In this document: positions 53,057 through 63,251 of the stretch, piece after piece | How the letters are laid out: each line of letters starts with the position of its first letter | How positions within the stretch are numbered: the stretch's first letter is position 1 | Assembly: GCA_028875225.1 (NCBI GenBank) | Contig: JAPPFB010000017.1 | Span: forward strand, 81,920-145,919 | DNA from: Chloroflexota bacterium | GTDB taxonomy: Bacteria > Chloroflexota > Dehalococcoidia > Bin125 | DNA length: 64,000 nucleotides | Direction of reading: 5' to 3' | Notes under the pieces: model-generated | What the model was told of the DNA's origin: nothing | Databases searched by the model: none | Seen by the model: only the letters and a program-made list of their open reading frames with translations | Program-made: the position numbers and the translations under genes

Positions 53057-53839
53057 GTGAGCAACGAGGAACCAGTCCAACGACTTACGCGCGCCCGCCT
53101 GCGCCAGTTGCAGCAACTCAAGACGGCTCGAGAACGCCGAGAGCAGGGTCGGTTTCTGATCGATGGCGAAAAGCTCGTTCGCGACGCCCTCGAAGCCGGC
53201 GCGCCGGTGGTCGAGATCTTGTCCACGACTCCCGAGCTGTGGCAACAAGCGGACCTACCGCTCACTGCGCTGAGTCGAGCAGACGCAGAACGAATCTCCG
53301 ACACACGAACGCCGCAGGGACACTTCGCGCTCGTTCGAGATCATCTCGGCGAGGTCCAGACACCCTCGGGCGATCGCTGGCAAGTCGTCGCGCTGGACGC
53401 GATCCAGGATGCCGGCAATGTCGGCGGCATCATCCGCTCGGCCGCAGCATTCGGCGTTGACGCATTGCTGGTCGGGCCAGGCAGCGCCGATCCCACCCAT
53501 CCCAGGGTCACGCGTGCGGCCACAGGTGCCTGGTTCAACATACGGATTAGTCGATCAATGGACTTGTTCGCGGACGTCAAGGAGCTACGCGAACAGGGAG
53601 CAGCCGTCTGGGCGGCCGACCAGCGAGGCGCACCGTTGCAGGATCAGAAGCTGCCGTCAAAGATCGTATGGATCTTCGGCAACGAGGGCTCAGGAATCAG
53701 CGCCGAGCTTGAGCCGCTCGTCGATGAGCGAGTCGCAGTCCCGATCGCCGAAGGCGTCGATTCGCTCAACGTCAATGTCGCCGCCGGCATCATCCTTCAT
53801 CATGCATATGCGAGAGTTCACGAGAGGAGCGCGACGTGA
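53057..53839 (+). CDS. TrmH/SpoU-family RNA 2'-O-methyltransferase (RlmB-like)
   Basis: SpoU motifs (ALDAIQDAGNVGGIIRSAAAFG; IFGNEGSGIS; VDSLNVNVAAGIIL); GTG start directly after a repeat element. Confidence 0.82.
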   Translation: MSNEEPVQRLTRARLRQLQQLKTARERREQGRFLIDGEKLVRDALEAGAPVVEILSTTPELWQQADLPLTALSRADAERISDTRTPQGHFALVRDHLGEVQTPSGDRWQVVALDAIQDAGNVGGIIRSAAAFGVDALLVGPGSADPTHPRVTRAATGAWFNIRISRSMDLFADVKELREQGAAVWAADQRGAPLQDQKLPSKIVWIFGNEGSGISAELEPLVDERVAVPIAEGVDSLNVNVAAGIILHHAYARVHERSAT

Positions 53840-54612
53840 AGATCACCACCTGGAACGTGAACTCGATCAGGGCGCGAGAAGACCGCGTCCTCAACTGGCT
53901 CGACCAGCACCAGCCCGACGTCCTCTGCCTGCAAGAGCTCAAGTGCACCGAGGAACAATTCCCCTTCGACGGCTTCGACGCGCTCGGCTACAACGTCGTC
54001 CTGCACGGACAGAAGTCCTACAACGGCGTCGCAATCGTCTCGCTCGACTATCCGGACTGGGTAGAGGAGGCCGTGCCCTGGCCCGAGGACGATCAGTCGC
54101 GCGGGATCGCCGCAGAGGTCAACGGCGTGCGCGTCGTCAGCCTCTACTGCCCCAACGGCCGCGAGGTCGGTCACGAGATGTATCGCTACAAACTGGATTG
54201 GTTCGACCGTCTGCGATCATGGCTCGATGGGCAGGATCAGGAGGCAGAGTTGGTACTCACTGGCGATTACAACATCACTTTCGACGACCGCGACGTGAAC
54301 GACCCCGAGTTCTGGCACGAACGAATTCTCTGCTCGACGCCGGAACGGGAACGGCTCAACGCCCTGGTCGACTGGGGCCTGACCGACGCGCTGCGCCTGT
54401 TCGACGAGTCGGACGGCGTCTACACCTGGTGGGACTACCGAACCGGCGGCGTGCAGCAGGACAAGGGATTGCGGATTGATCATCACCTGATCACCGCGCC
54501 GCTGGTCGACCGGGCCGTCGCAGTCGAGATCGACGTCGAAGAGCGGCAGATGGAGGGCGACGGCGACAAGCCCTCCGACCACGCACCGGTCACACTGGTG
54601 CTTGCGGACTAG
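53836..54612 (+). CDS. xth: Exodeoxyribonuclease III
   Basis: MKITTWNVNSIRAR...LCLQELK; ExoIII/APE family. Confidence 0.92.
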   Translation: MKITTWNVNSIRAREDRVLNWLDQHQPDVLCLQELKCTEEQFPFDGFDALGYNVVLHGQKSYNGVAIVSLDYPDWVEEAVPWPEDDQSRGIAAEVNGVRVVSLYCPNGREVGHEMYRYKLDWFDRLRSWLDGQDQEAELVLTGDYNITFDDRDVNDPEFWHERILCSTPERERLNALVDWGLTDALRLFDESDGVYTWWDYRTGGVQQDKGLRIDHHLITAPLVDRAVAVEIDVEERQMEGDGDKPSDHAPVTLVLAD

Positions 54613-56005
54613 CGTCGTTCAATCCCGCCTCTTCCAGGACGGCTGCGCAGCGGATGACGGTGGCGTCGTTGCCTTCTCTGGCCACGAGCTGCACCGAGAC
54701 CGGCAGCCCATCAGCGTCGAGACCCGCCGGCATCGCCATGGCCGGCGCCTGAATCAGGTTGGCCAGCGGCGTGTAGAGGATGGAGATCATCCACGGATTC
54801 ACCGGTCGACCGGCGATTTCGTCGATTCGGGCGCCGTGCGGATGCGCGGCGATGGCGCTGGTCGGCGCAAGCAGGACATCGAACTCATTGAACCACGCCT
54901 CCATCTGTCGCCTCAGCCGGTCGAGACGTGCATAGGCCTCGGCGACCTGAACTCCCGTCAGCGATCGGCCTCGCCGAATGCTGCCGCGCGTGTAGTCGGA
55001 CAGCTCGTCCTCGCGCCCCTCGCAGAGCGCCCTGTAGTTCGCTGTCGCGCCGACCGCCGAGAGCGTGGGAAACACCTCGAGCGGGTCGGCGATTGACGGA
55101 TCAGATCGTTCAACTAGTGCGCCGGCGTCGCCGAGCATTGCCGCAGCCCGCTCCACCCGCCTGGCGATGTGCGGCTCGCAGGGCGTCGGGCCGGCCAGAT
55201 CCGTTGTCCACGCGACTCGCAGCTCGCTGAGCGATCCTGCCTGCGCCGCCTCGTTGACGTCGCTCAGCGTGGTACTGCGCTGCGCTGGATCGCGCGTATC
55301 CGTCCTAGCCATGACCGAGAACATCATCGCTGCGTCGGCCACGGAACGCGCCAGGACTCCATCGGTGGAAATCTGCGACATTCCGGCCCCTCTGACGCGG
55401 CGAGGCACCAGTCTGCCGGTTGGCTTGAGTCCCACGACCCCGCAATAGGCCGCGGGAACGCGAACCGAGCCGCCGCCGTCCGTCCCATGATGCAGCGGTC
55501 CGAAGCCCGCCGCACACGCCGCTGCCGCCCCACCACTCGAACCGCCGGCGGTCCGCTCCATATTCCACGGGTTTGCCGTCGGCTGCCCCAGCCGATTCAT
55601 GGTCTGCGCCGCGAGGCCAAACTCGGATGTGTTGGTTTTGCCAAGGAAGACAGCGCCCGCGTCCCTGAGCCGTTCGACAAACAATTCGTCTCGTTGCGCA
55701 GGCTGGCGGTCAGTGACCAGCGATCCCATCGTCGTTGGAACGCCCTGAACATCAACGAGATCCTTGATTGTGATCGGAACGCCGAGCAGCGGCGGCTGGT
55801 TCCCATCCCTCAAGCGCCACCGTCGAGCGGCGGCGTGTGCCTGCTCGAGCGCAGCGTCCCGAGTCTGATTGATGAACGCATTCAGCGATGGCTCAAGCGC
55901 GTCGATGCGCTTGTAGATCGCCTCGACGACCTCTTCGGGCGAAAACGTTCGAGCCTCGTACCCGGCTCGCAGCTCACGTGCCGAGAGTTCGTGGATCTCC
56001 GCCAT
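54590..56005 (-). CDS. Amidase (amidase-signature family)
   Basis: AS-family GGSSGG in ERTAGGSSGGAAAACAAG and the Ser-cisSer-Lys context. Confidence 0.85.
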   Translation of the reverse strand: MAEIHELSARELRAGYEARTFSPEEVVEAIYKRIDALEPSLNAFINQTRDAALEQAHAAARRWRLRDGNQPPLLGVPITIKDLVDVQGVPTTMGSLVTDRQPAQRDELFVERLRDAGAVFLGKTNTSEFGLAAQTMNRLGQPTANPWNMERTAGGSSGGAAAACAAGFGPLHHGTDGGGSVRVPAAYCGVVGLKPTGRLVPRRVRGAGMSQISTDGVLARSVADAAMMFSVMARTDTRDPAQRSTTLSDVNEAAQAGSLSELRVAWTTDLAGPTPCEPHIARRVERAAAMLGDAGALVERSDPSIADPLEVFPTLSAVGATANYRALCEGREDELSDYTRGSIRRGRSLTGVQVAEAYARLDRLRRQMEAWFNEFDVLLAPTSAIAAHPHGARIDEIAGRPVNPWMISILYTPLANLIQAPAMAMPAGLDADGLPVSVQLVAREGNDATVIRCAAVLEEAGLNDASPQAPV

Positions 56006-57976
56006 CTACAGGTTCTCGATCTTGACCGGCTCAATCTCTCCGGCCGGCGTGAACCCGAAGATGCGGCCGTAGAAGTCGAGTTCCGCTTCGGTCGCGCGCT
56101 GGATGTTCGCCGCCTGGCGAAACCCGTGCTGCTCGCCCTCAAAGGCGAGGTACGCGACAGGTAACCCCTTCTCCCGCAGCGCATCGACCATCCGCTCTGC
56201 CTGGTTCGGCGGCACGATCTTATCTTCCAGGCCCTGAAGGAAAATGATCGGGCAGGACAGCCGGTCAACAGCGTGGATCGGCGACCGCTGCTCATACAGC
56301 TCGGCTCGCTCGGGATACGGACCAATCAGCGAATCGAGATAGCGCGACTCGAATTTGTGCGTGTCCTCGGCCAGGGCCGCAACATCCGACACGCCGTAGT
56401 AGGACGCGCCCGCGGTAAACACATCGCCGAAGGTGAGCGCGCCCAACGTGGTGTAGCCGCCGGCCGATCCGCCGCGGATGGCGAGCCGGGATCCGTCGAC
56501 ATCGCCGCGCTCGACCAGGAATTGTGCGGCAGCTTCACAGTCCTCCCGGTCGACGATGCCCCAGCGTCCGTTCAGCGCGCGGCGATAGGCGGTGCCGTAT
56601 CCGGTCGAGCCTCGGTAGTCCACGTCGACCACCGCGAACCCCCGCGTCGTCCAATACTGGATGGCCAGGTTGAATCCGGGGCTGGTCGCGCTGGTGGGAC
56701 CGCCGTGAATGAACGTGACCAGGGGCGGAAGCTCGCCCGCAGGGGGTTCGAAATCGGGATTGCGCGGCGCGTAGTAGTACGCGTGAGATGTCGCTCCGTT
56801 CGTTGTCGGGTACTCGATCGGTTCTGCGGTCGAGAAGTAAGCGCCATCAATCTCCGGCGCCTCGGACGCGCGAAGCGTCTCAATCTCGCCGTTGTCGACG
56901 TCGATTGCAACGATTGCTGCTCCAGTCTGCGATCCGGCCCCGGCGCAGACCGCTCGTGGCCCGACGGCGGCAGTGAAGTAACCGAAGCTGTTGAACGGCG
57001 TCTCAAGCTCCCGGAGCTCGCCCGCCTCAACGTCGATCACGCCGATGCGGCGTCCGTCGGCGTTGCCGTACTGCGCAACAATGCAGCATTCATCCATCAC
57101 CGCATAGGTCGACATTGAGAATTCCCACTGCGGCTGTCCGAACTCGGCCTCCATCGACAGTACCGGGACCAGCTCGGCGCCATCCCAGCGTTGGATGTTC
57201 CACCACCCGGACGCGTCGGAGACGCAGTACAGCGCGCCATCCGGGCCCCATTTCGGCTCGATGATCGAGACGTCGCCTCGAGCGTCGCCGGCAATTCTGC
57301 GCGGCGAGAGCAGCGAGCCGTTGGTTGCGATTTCGGCAAGCCACAGCTCGGTGGCGTCCCAGGGCATGTTCGGATGATTCCAGCAGATCCAGGCCAACCG
57401 GCGCCCATCCGGGCTAATGCGCGGCGACGAACAGAAATCGAACCCTTCGTGCAGACGAGTGATGTCGTCCGCATCCGCGCCGCTGCCGTCGGTCGGAATC
57501 GAGGCCAGATAGTTTTCGGCCTCCAGACCTTCTCGGCGGTGGTCCTCGGCGACGCAGATCAATCGTCCTCTGGCATCGTCTACGGCGGCGTCCGCGTAAC
57601 GGACCGGCAGTTCCGGGGTCAACGGAGTCGGCTCCGCCGAACCGTCGACCGGCCGTCGATAGAGGCGTTGATCGCTGAAGTTGGAGTAGTAGCCGATGCC
57701 CTGGGACACGGCAAAGGAGCCGCCGCCGTACTCGTGGACGAGTGTTCGCGCGCTGTGGTCCGATGTCGTCACCTCCGAGATCTGGCCACTGGCTGAGTAG
57801 CGCATGGCGGCATACCGGCCGCGCTCATCCGGCCTGGACTCGACCCAGTAGAGGTCATCGCCATCCACATCGAGTTCATCGAAGCGAAGGGCTCCGGCAG
57901 TCAGCATTTCCGTGGCGACCGGAGACTCCCAGGATCCGTACGGTGCGACCCGCGGCGTGCGCGATTGTTCACTCAT
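56006..57976 (-). CDS. S9-family serine peptidase (prolyl oligopeptidase / acylaminoacyl-peptidase-like) with N-terminal beta-propeller
   Basis: C-terminal alpha/beta hydrolase with GGSAGGYTT nucleophile elbow; start at MSEQSRT. Confidence 0.85.
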   Translation of the reverse strand: MSEQSRTPRVAPYGSWESPVATEMLTAGALRFDELDVDGDDLYWVESRPDERGRYAAMRYSASGQISEVTTSDHSARTLVHEYGGGSFAVSQGIGYYSNFSDQRLYRRPVDGSAEPTPLTPELPVRYADAAVDDARGRLICVAEDHRREGLEAENYLASIPTDGSGADADDITRLHEGFDFCSSPRISPDGRRLAWICWNHPNMPWDATELWLAEIATNGSLLSPRRIAGDARGDVSIIEPKWGPDGALYCVSDASGWWNIQRWDGAELVPVLSMEAEFGQPQWEFSMSTYAVMDECCIVAQYGNADGRRIGVIDVEAGELRELETPFNSFGYFTAAVGPRAVCAGAGSQTGAAIVAIDVDNGEIETLRASEAPEIDGAYFSTAEPIEYPTTNGATSHAYYYAPRNPDFEPPAGELPPLVTFIHGGPTSATSPGFNLAIQYWTTRGFAVVDVDYRGSTGYGTAYRRALNGRWGIVDREDCEAAAQFLVERGDVDGSRLAIRGGSAGGYTTLGALTFGDVFTAGASYYGVSDVAALAEDTHKFESRYLDSLIGPYPERAELYEQRSPIHAVDRLSCPIIFLQGLEDKIVPPNQAERMVDALREKGLPVAYLAFEGEQHGFRQAANIQRATEAELDFYGRIFGFTPAGEIEPVKIENL

Positions 57977-58063
57977 CGTTACCCATCCCCCTGTGCAAAC
58001 GTGCAATCATCGTATGCGAGGTTTCGGAACACAACCGCGACCGAGCGGTGCGACGGAAGGTGA

Positions 58064-60949
58064 ATGATGGCCGCCTCTGCTGAGGGAAGCGCCCAGGTCG
58101 CCAGCCCGACCGTACCGGGCCCGAACCATGACCGAGCCCTGGTTGACGCGCCCCTGGCCGCCGACGTCAGGTTGCTGAGCAGCCTGCTGGGCAACACCAT
58201 CCGCGTGGTCGACGGCGAAGAAGTGTTCAACGCCGTCGAGCAGCTTCGCGGCCTCGCCCAGCGACGCCGAGGCGTCCGCCAGGAACCGGAGCCTCAACTA
58301 ACGGCCGAGATTGTCGATCTGGTCAAGAGTTGGCCGTTGTGGCTGGCGGCTGAAGTCGGCAATGCGTTCCTGACCTACTTCCTGCTCACCAACACCGCCG
58401 AAGAGACGCACCGCATCCGTCGCCGCCGGCTGCGTTCGTCCGAAACCGGCGCGGCGCCCCGATCAATCGCCGCCATGGTCGAACAACTGTTGTCGTCGGG
58501 CAATGACGAAGCAACCATTCGCCAGCGGGCGATGGCAATCCATTTGCAGCCCGTGTTCACCGCTCATCCGACAGAGTCGCAGCGCCTGACCATGCTGGGC
58601 ACGCTGCAGGACGTACATCGGCTGCTGCTGGAACGCGAGCACGCGATTCCTTCCGAACTCGAAGACATCGACTTCGCCCTCAGGACCCACATTGAAGGGC
58701 TCTGGCAGGCCGATCATCTGCGCCACCGGCGACCCACCGTCCTTGAGGAGTCGCGATTGCTGTTGCGCACCTTTGAGACCACCCTGTGGGACGCCGTGCC
58801 CGAGGTCACGCGCCGATTCCGCCGAGCCACCGGCGTCAGCGCCAGCGAATCGCCGGCGCCGATCGTCCTGGGTTCCTGGATGGGCGGCGACGCCGACGGC
58901 AATCCCAACGTGACCCCCGATCTCACCTGGCAGACCGCGCTGACCATGCGCGCCCGCGTACTGCGCATGCACCTGGAGGCTGTCAGGTCGATGGATGCGA
59001 TGTTGCCGCACTCGGTTCGGCGAGTCGCGACATCGCAGGCGCTGGACGCTTCGATTCAACGAGATGAGCGCCGGATGCCGCGTGTCGAGGAACGCCTGCA
59101 GAATCGCAACCAGGCCGAACGCTATCGGCACAAGATCCGCTACATGGCCGCCCGCCTGCAGGCGACGTTGGAGGCGGACTACGCGTTGCTGGACACGCGC
59201 GCTGCGCAAATCCATGACGCCAGACTGACGACCAATGAACCAGACGGCGTTCCCTACGACTCGGCTCGAGACTTCGTGGAGGATCTCCAGGACATCGCCG
59301 ACAGTCTCCGCCATCACGGCGCGACCTCCGGCGCCGAGCAGGTGGTCCAACCGCTGATCGATCGCGCCAGGGCGTTCGGCTTCCATCTGGCCACGCTCGA
59401 CATCCGCGATCATGCCGATCGTTTTCACGCCGCAGCCGATGGCGTGCTCCAGGGTCTCGATATCCAGCCGCCAAGCGGCAGTTATCTGGAGTTGGACAAA
59501 GATCGCCGCGAAGAGTTTCTCGCCGGCGAACTCGACCGCGACTACTTCCCGGTCGGTCACGCCATGTCAACCCACGACGACGAGACCTTGCGCCGGTTTC
59601 GCACGGCTCGGCGGATTCAGCGCATTTGCGGCGATGAGGCGGTTCAGACCTGCATCGTCTCGATGGCGGAACATGCCGCCGACGTGCTGGCCCCTGTGCT
59701 GGTCGCCAGACAGGCCGGACTCAACGACATCCAGCTCGGCGCGCCTGCCGGCCGCATCAGAATCGCCCCGCTGTTCGAACGCGTCGCCGACCTGGACCGG
59801 GCCCCGTCCGTGCTCCGCTCACTCTTCAGCCATGGCGCATATCAGCGACATCTCAAGGCCCACAACAACCTGCAGGAAGTCATGGTCGGCTACTCGGACT
59901 CGGCCAAGGACGCCGGCGTGCTGCCCTCGCTCTGGGGTCTCTACCGGGCTCAGGACAACATGCATGAGGTCGCGCGTGAGTTTGACGTGGATCTTATGTT
60001 TTTTCACGGCCGCGGCGGCACCGTCAGCCGCGGCGGTGGGCCGTCGCACGACGCCATCCTCGCGCTGCCCCCGCACACGACCGAGGGCGGAATCAAACTC
60101 ACCGAGCAGGGCGAAATGATCCAGTTCACGTACGGGATGCCCGGACTGGCGAAATGGAACCTCGAGCAAACACTGGCCGCCGCAGTCGTCAAACGCTTCG
60201 ACCATGACCACAACGACACGCCCGACGCCGAGCGTGAACGCTACCACGCGGCGATGGACGAACTGGCGGCGACCGCCGAGCAGGCCTACCGCACGCAGGT
60301 CGTCGATGACGCCGACCTTCATGCCTACTTCCAGCGCGTCACACCGATCGGCATGCTGGGCAACCTCGCCATCGGCTCACGACCCACCTTCCGACCCGGC
60401 TCCGACGCCTCGCTCACCTCGCTGCGGGCAATCCCGTGGGTCTTCGCCTGGATGCAGACCCGCCACGTCATCACCGGATGGATGGGCGTCGGCACGGCGC
60501 TCGAACAGTTCATCCAGAATCACGGCGACGCCGGCGAAACACTGTTGCGAGACATGCGCGCCCGCTGGCCGTTCTTCGCCACGCTGCTCTCGAATGTGGA
60601 AATGGTGCTGGCCAAGGCCGACTTCGATGTGGCCGAGCACTACGCGCGAACCCTGGGCGACGCGGACCGCGATTTACGCACCTTCGCCCGGCTGAGCGAG
60701 GAGTATCACCGGACGGTCGACATGGTCAATCGCCTCTCAGACCAGGATCGCCTGCTCGATGGCACGCCGGTCTTGCAGCGCTCGATCGCGCTGCGCAATC
60801 CCTACGTCGACGCGCTCAGCTTCCTGCAAGTGGAGCTGCTCAGCCGAATCCGCGATCTGCCCGAGGATGATCCCGAATACGCCGACACCCTGGAAGCCAT
60901 CCTGCGCAGCGTCAACGGCGTCGCCGCCGGGCTGCGCAACACCGGCTAG
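58064..60949 (+). CDS. ppc: Phosphoenolpyruvate carboxylase
   Basis: VFTAHPTE; FHGRGGTVSRGGGP; C-terminal ...NTG. Confidence 0.95.
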   Translation: MMAASAEGSAQVASPTVPGPNHDRALVDAPLAADVRLLSSLLGNTIRVVDGEEVFNAVEQLRGLAQRRRGVRQEPEPQLTAEIVDLVKSWPLWLAAEVGNAFLTYFLLTNTAEETHRIRRRRLRSSETGAAPRSIAAMVEQLLSSGNDEATIRQRAMAIHLQPVFTAHPTESQRLTMLGTLQDVHRLLLEREHAIPSELEDIDFALRTHIEGLWQADHLRHRRPTVLEESRLLLRTFETTLWDAVPEVTRRFRRATGVSASESPAPIVLGSWMGGDADGNPNVTPDLTWQTALTMRARVLRMHLEAVRSMDAMLPHSVRRVATSQALDASIQRDERRMPRVEERLQNRNQAERYRHKIRYMAARLQATLEADYALLDTRAAQIHDARLTTNEPDGVPYDSARDFVEDLQDIADSLRHHGATSGAEQVVQPLIDRARAFGFHLATLDIRDHADRFHAAADGVLQGLDIQPPSGSYLELDKDRREEFLAGELDRDYFPVGHAMSTHDDETLRRFRTARRIQRICGDEAVQTCIVSMAEHAADVLAPVLVARQAGLNDIQLGAPAGRIRIAPLFERVADLDRAPSVLRSLFSHGAYQRHLKAHNNLQEVMVGYSDSAKDAGVLPSLWGLYRAQDNMHEVAREFDVDLMFFHGRGGTVSRGGGPSHDAILALPPHTTEGGIKLTEQGEMIQFTYGMPGLAKWNLEQTLAAAVVKRFDHDHNDTPDAERERYHAAMDELAATAEQAYRTQVVDDADLHAYFQRVTPIGMLGNLAIGSRPTFRPGSDASLTSLRAIPWVFAWMQTRHVITGWMGVGTALEQFIQNHGDAGETLLRDMRARWPFFATLLSNVEMVLAKADFDVAEHYARTLGDADRDLRTFARLSEEYHRTVDMVNRLSDQDRLLDGTPVLQRSIALRNPYVDALSFLQVELLSRIRDLPEDDPEYADTLEAILRSVNGVAAGLRNTG

Positions 60950-61007
60950 CCGCATCATCGTCATTCCCGCGCTCGACGACACCGCCGTCATTCCCCCGCT
61001 TGCAGCG

Positions 61008-61186
61008 GGAATCTCGATTCCTTCTCCCTGAGGAGACCTGCGCGTAAACCCATCAAAGTCGGCCCCGCGTAGGCGGGGCCCAGCGCATGTTGTCTGGACA
61101 CGCCGCCCCCGCCTGCGCGGGGGCGACTTCTTCAAGGAGCTACGCGCAGGTCTCCTGAGGGAAAGGGCTAGCGTGAGGGCCGTACC
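61008..61186. repeat. Family C nested-palindrome composite element (MITE-like), copy 1
   Basis: Outer ~25-bp inverted repeat (cttctccctgaggagacctgcgcgta / tacgcgcaggtctcctgagggaaag) enclosing two GC hairpins (GGCCCCGCG-tagg-CGGGGCC; CGCCCCCGC-ctgc-GCGGGGGCG); sits between convergent ppc and the DUF35 gene. Confidence 0.8.
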
Positions 61187-61190
61187 TGGC

Positions 61191-61649
61191 CTACTCGACC
61201 ACTTCCCAGTGAACCAGCGTGAACGGGTCGATCTCGTCGTTTCCCTCGTGGTCCTCGAAGTATGGACGCACCTCGGCGCCGATCTCGACCGTCTGCATCG
61301 GGTCGCCGACGAGATTGCCGACCATGCGCACGTTCTCGTGATTCGGCAGCTCGACCAGCACGACGAGATACGGACAGCTGTCTTGCAGGGCCGGATGCAC
61401 CGGATGCCAGACGCGCTCCCACGAGTAGATCCGGCCATTGCCCTCGACCGGTTTCCAGCCGAGGTCGAAGGAGTGGCAGCGGTGGCAATTCCATTCGGGG
61501 CCGAACTGCGGTCGGTCGCACGTGTTGCAGTTCTGGACAAGCAGCTCGTGGCGCTTGACCGCTTCCCAGTACTCCGTGTCGAGTCCGTCGATCGCCGGCG
61601 CGGGCGCGGGCATGCCCTCGCCCAGGTAGTAGGCTCCGGGATTCGCCAT
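61191..61649 (-). CDS. Zn-ribbon/OB-fold DUF35 protein (partner of SCP2-type thiolase)
   Basis: CNTCDRPQFGPEWNCHRCHS zinc ribbon plus OB fold; translationally coupled to the upstream thiolase. Confidence 0.8.
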   Translation of the reverse strand: MANPGAYYLGEGMPAPAPAIDGLDTEYWEAVKRHELLVQNCNTCDRPQFGPEWNCHRCHSFDLGWKPVEGNGRIYSWERVWHPVHPALQDSCPYLVVLVELPNHENVRMVGNLVGDPMQTVEIGAEVRPYFEDHEGNDEIDPFTLVHWEVVE

Positions 61650-62830
61650 TAGAGCACCGCCTCAGAACCGACGATCATGTCGGACACCGGCGTCACCATC
61701 GGACCCGACGCGACCAGCGACACATTCACGTCGTCGACCTGGTTGCAGGACTCGCCCCGCACCTGGCGGACCGCCTCGATGTTCAATTCCAGGCCGTGCA
61801 TGTAGCACTCGGCCAGGTTGCCGCCGCTGGTGTTGATCGGCATCTTGCCATTCGGCGCGGTCAGGTTCTCGAACGTGATGAACTCGTTGGCCTCTTCGTA
61901 AGTGGTCAGCCCATGCTCGATGATGCTCATCACGACGCCGCCGGTGAAGTTCTCATAGACCTGCGCCACGTCGACCTCTTCCGGCTTGACCTGCGCCATC
62001 TCGTACATGCGCGGCGCGACCGTCTTGAAGTTGGAGGTGGCGTAATCGGTGGCGTTGTGCGAGCCGGATCCGGCCCGGTTGCCCGAGCCGACCGCGCCGC
62101 CGAGGAAGTAGACCGGCGTCTTCGCGTAGTCCTTGGCCCGATCGGCCGAGACGAAGATCATCGCCGCCGCGCCGTCGTTCTCCTGGCAGCAGTCGAACAG
62201 GTGGAACGGTTCGACAATCCAGCGCGAGGCGTCGTAGTCCTCCGGCGTTAGCGGACGGCCGTACATCACCGCGCGCGGGTTGTTCTGCGCGTGGTGGTAC
62301 GAGGCCAGCGAGCACGCCTTGAGCGTGTCCTGCGTGATCCCGTGGTCCTCGTACAGCCGATGGATGCGCATCGCAAACGACTGCGCCGGCGACATCAGTC
62401 CGTACGGCGCCGTGTAGGCCTGGTCGCCGCGCACGTGCGGTACGCGAGCGCCCTGCCCGAAGCGTCCGAATTGACCCTGCGCCAGTCCCCGGAAGACGAC
62501 CACCGTGTCGGCCAGACCGGTCGCAACCGCCGAGGCCGCGTGAGCGCAGGCCGCCGAGCCGCCGCCGCCACCGCCACCCCACTCCATGTTGGAGAAGCGC
62601 AGGTCCTTGATGTCAAGCGCCGCCGCGATCCGCGACGGGTCGTTGCGGTCGTTGGAGTACGAGGCAAACCCGTCAATCTCCCGCGGGTCAATGCCTGCAT
62701 CGGCGCTGGCCTTGAGGATCGCCTCGATCACGAGCTTGAACTCCGGATCGGGCGAGCGTCCCCGCTTGTAGTACGTCGTCTCACCGACGCCGATGATCGC
62801 CACTTCGCCGCGCATCGTGCGGTTACCCAT
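61649..62830 (-). CDS. Thiolase-like protein, SCP2/lipid-transfer type
   Basis: Thiolase fold lacking the standard acetyl-CoA thiolase motifs; typical DUF35 partner; ATG at 62830 with GGAAGGA SD. Confidence 0.8.
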   Translation of the reverse strand: MGNRTMRGEVAIIGVGETTYYKRGRSPDPEFKLVIEAILKASADAGIDPREIDGFASYSNDRNDPSRIAAALDIKDLRFSNMEWGGGGGGGSAACAHAASAVATGLADTVVVFRGLAQGQFGRFGQGARVPHVRGDQAYTAPYGLMSPAQSFAMRIHRLYEDHGITQDTLKACSLASYHHAQNNPRAVMYGRPLTPEDYDASRWIVEPFHLFDCCQENDGAAAMIFVSADRAKDYAKTPVYFLGGAVGSGNRAGSGSHNATDYATSNFKTVAPRMYEMAQVKPEEVDVAQVYENFTGGVVMSIIEHGLTTYEEANEFITFENLTAPNGKMPINTSGGNLAECYMHGLELNIEAVRQVRGESCNQVDDVNVSLVASGPMVTPVSDMIVGSEAVL

Positions 62831-62938
62831 ATCTGATGTCCTTCCCAGTGCCTCGTTACGCAGGCAGTTTAGATGATGGTCGTGAGAACCACTCAGCTCG
62901 CACCCCGAATTCATCGATTCATGACTCGGACTTCGGTT

Positions 62939-62973
62939 CCCTCTCCCTGAGGGAGAGGGTTAGGGTGAGGGCG
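62939..62973 (+). repeat. Family B hairpin repeat
   Basis: ccctctcccTGAGggagagggTTAGGGTGAGGGC; an inverted partial copy follows at 63021-63047. Confidence 0.8.
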
Positions 62974-63018
62974 CCTCGGCGATGGAGGACGTGCAATGAC
63001 CAGAGAGCGAGCAACGGC

Positions 63019-63185
63019 CAGACCCTCACCCCGGCCCTCTCCCGGTGGAGGCTTGCGCGTCAACCAACCAAGGTCGGCCCCGCGCAGGCGGGGCCCTGCA
63101 GCGCCTATCCGGTCACCGCGCCCCCGCCTGCGCGGGGGCGACTTCATCGAGGGATTACGCGCAACTCTCCAGTGGGAGAGGCAGT
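63019..63185. repeat. Family C nested-palindrome composite element, copy 2
   Basis: Same two inner hairpins (GGCCCCGCG-cagg-CGGGGCC; CGCCCCCGC-ctgc-GCGGGGGCG) and a homologous outer stem (cctctcccggtggaggcttgcgcgtcaa / ttacgcgcaactctccagtgggagagg). Confidence 0.8.
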
Positions 63186-63251
63186 CGTGCAAACACGGTG
63201 CGAACGAAGGTCACTACCGCGAGATGGCTCCAGTGAGATTTCCGAAGATTC

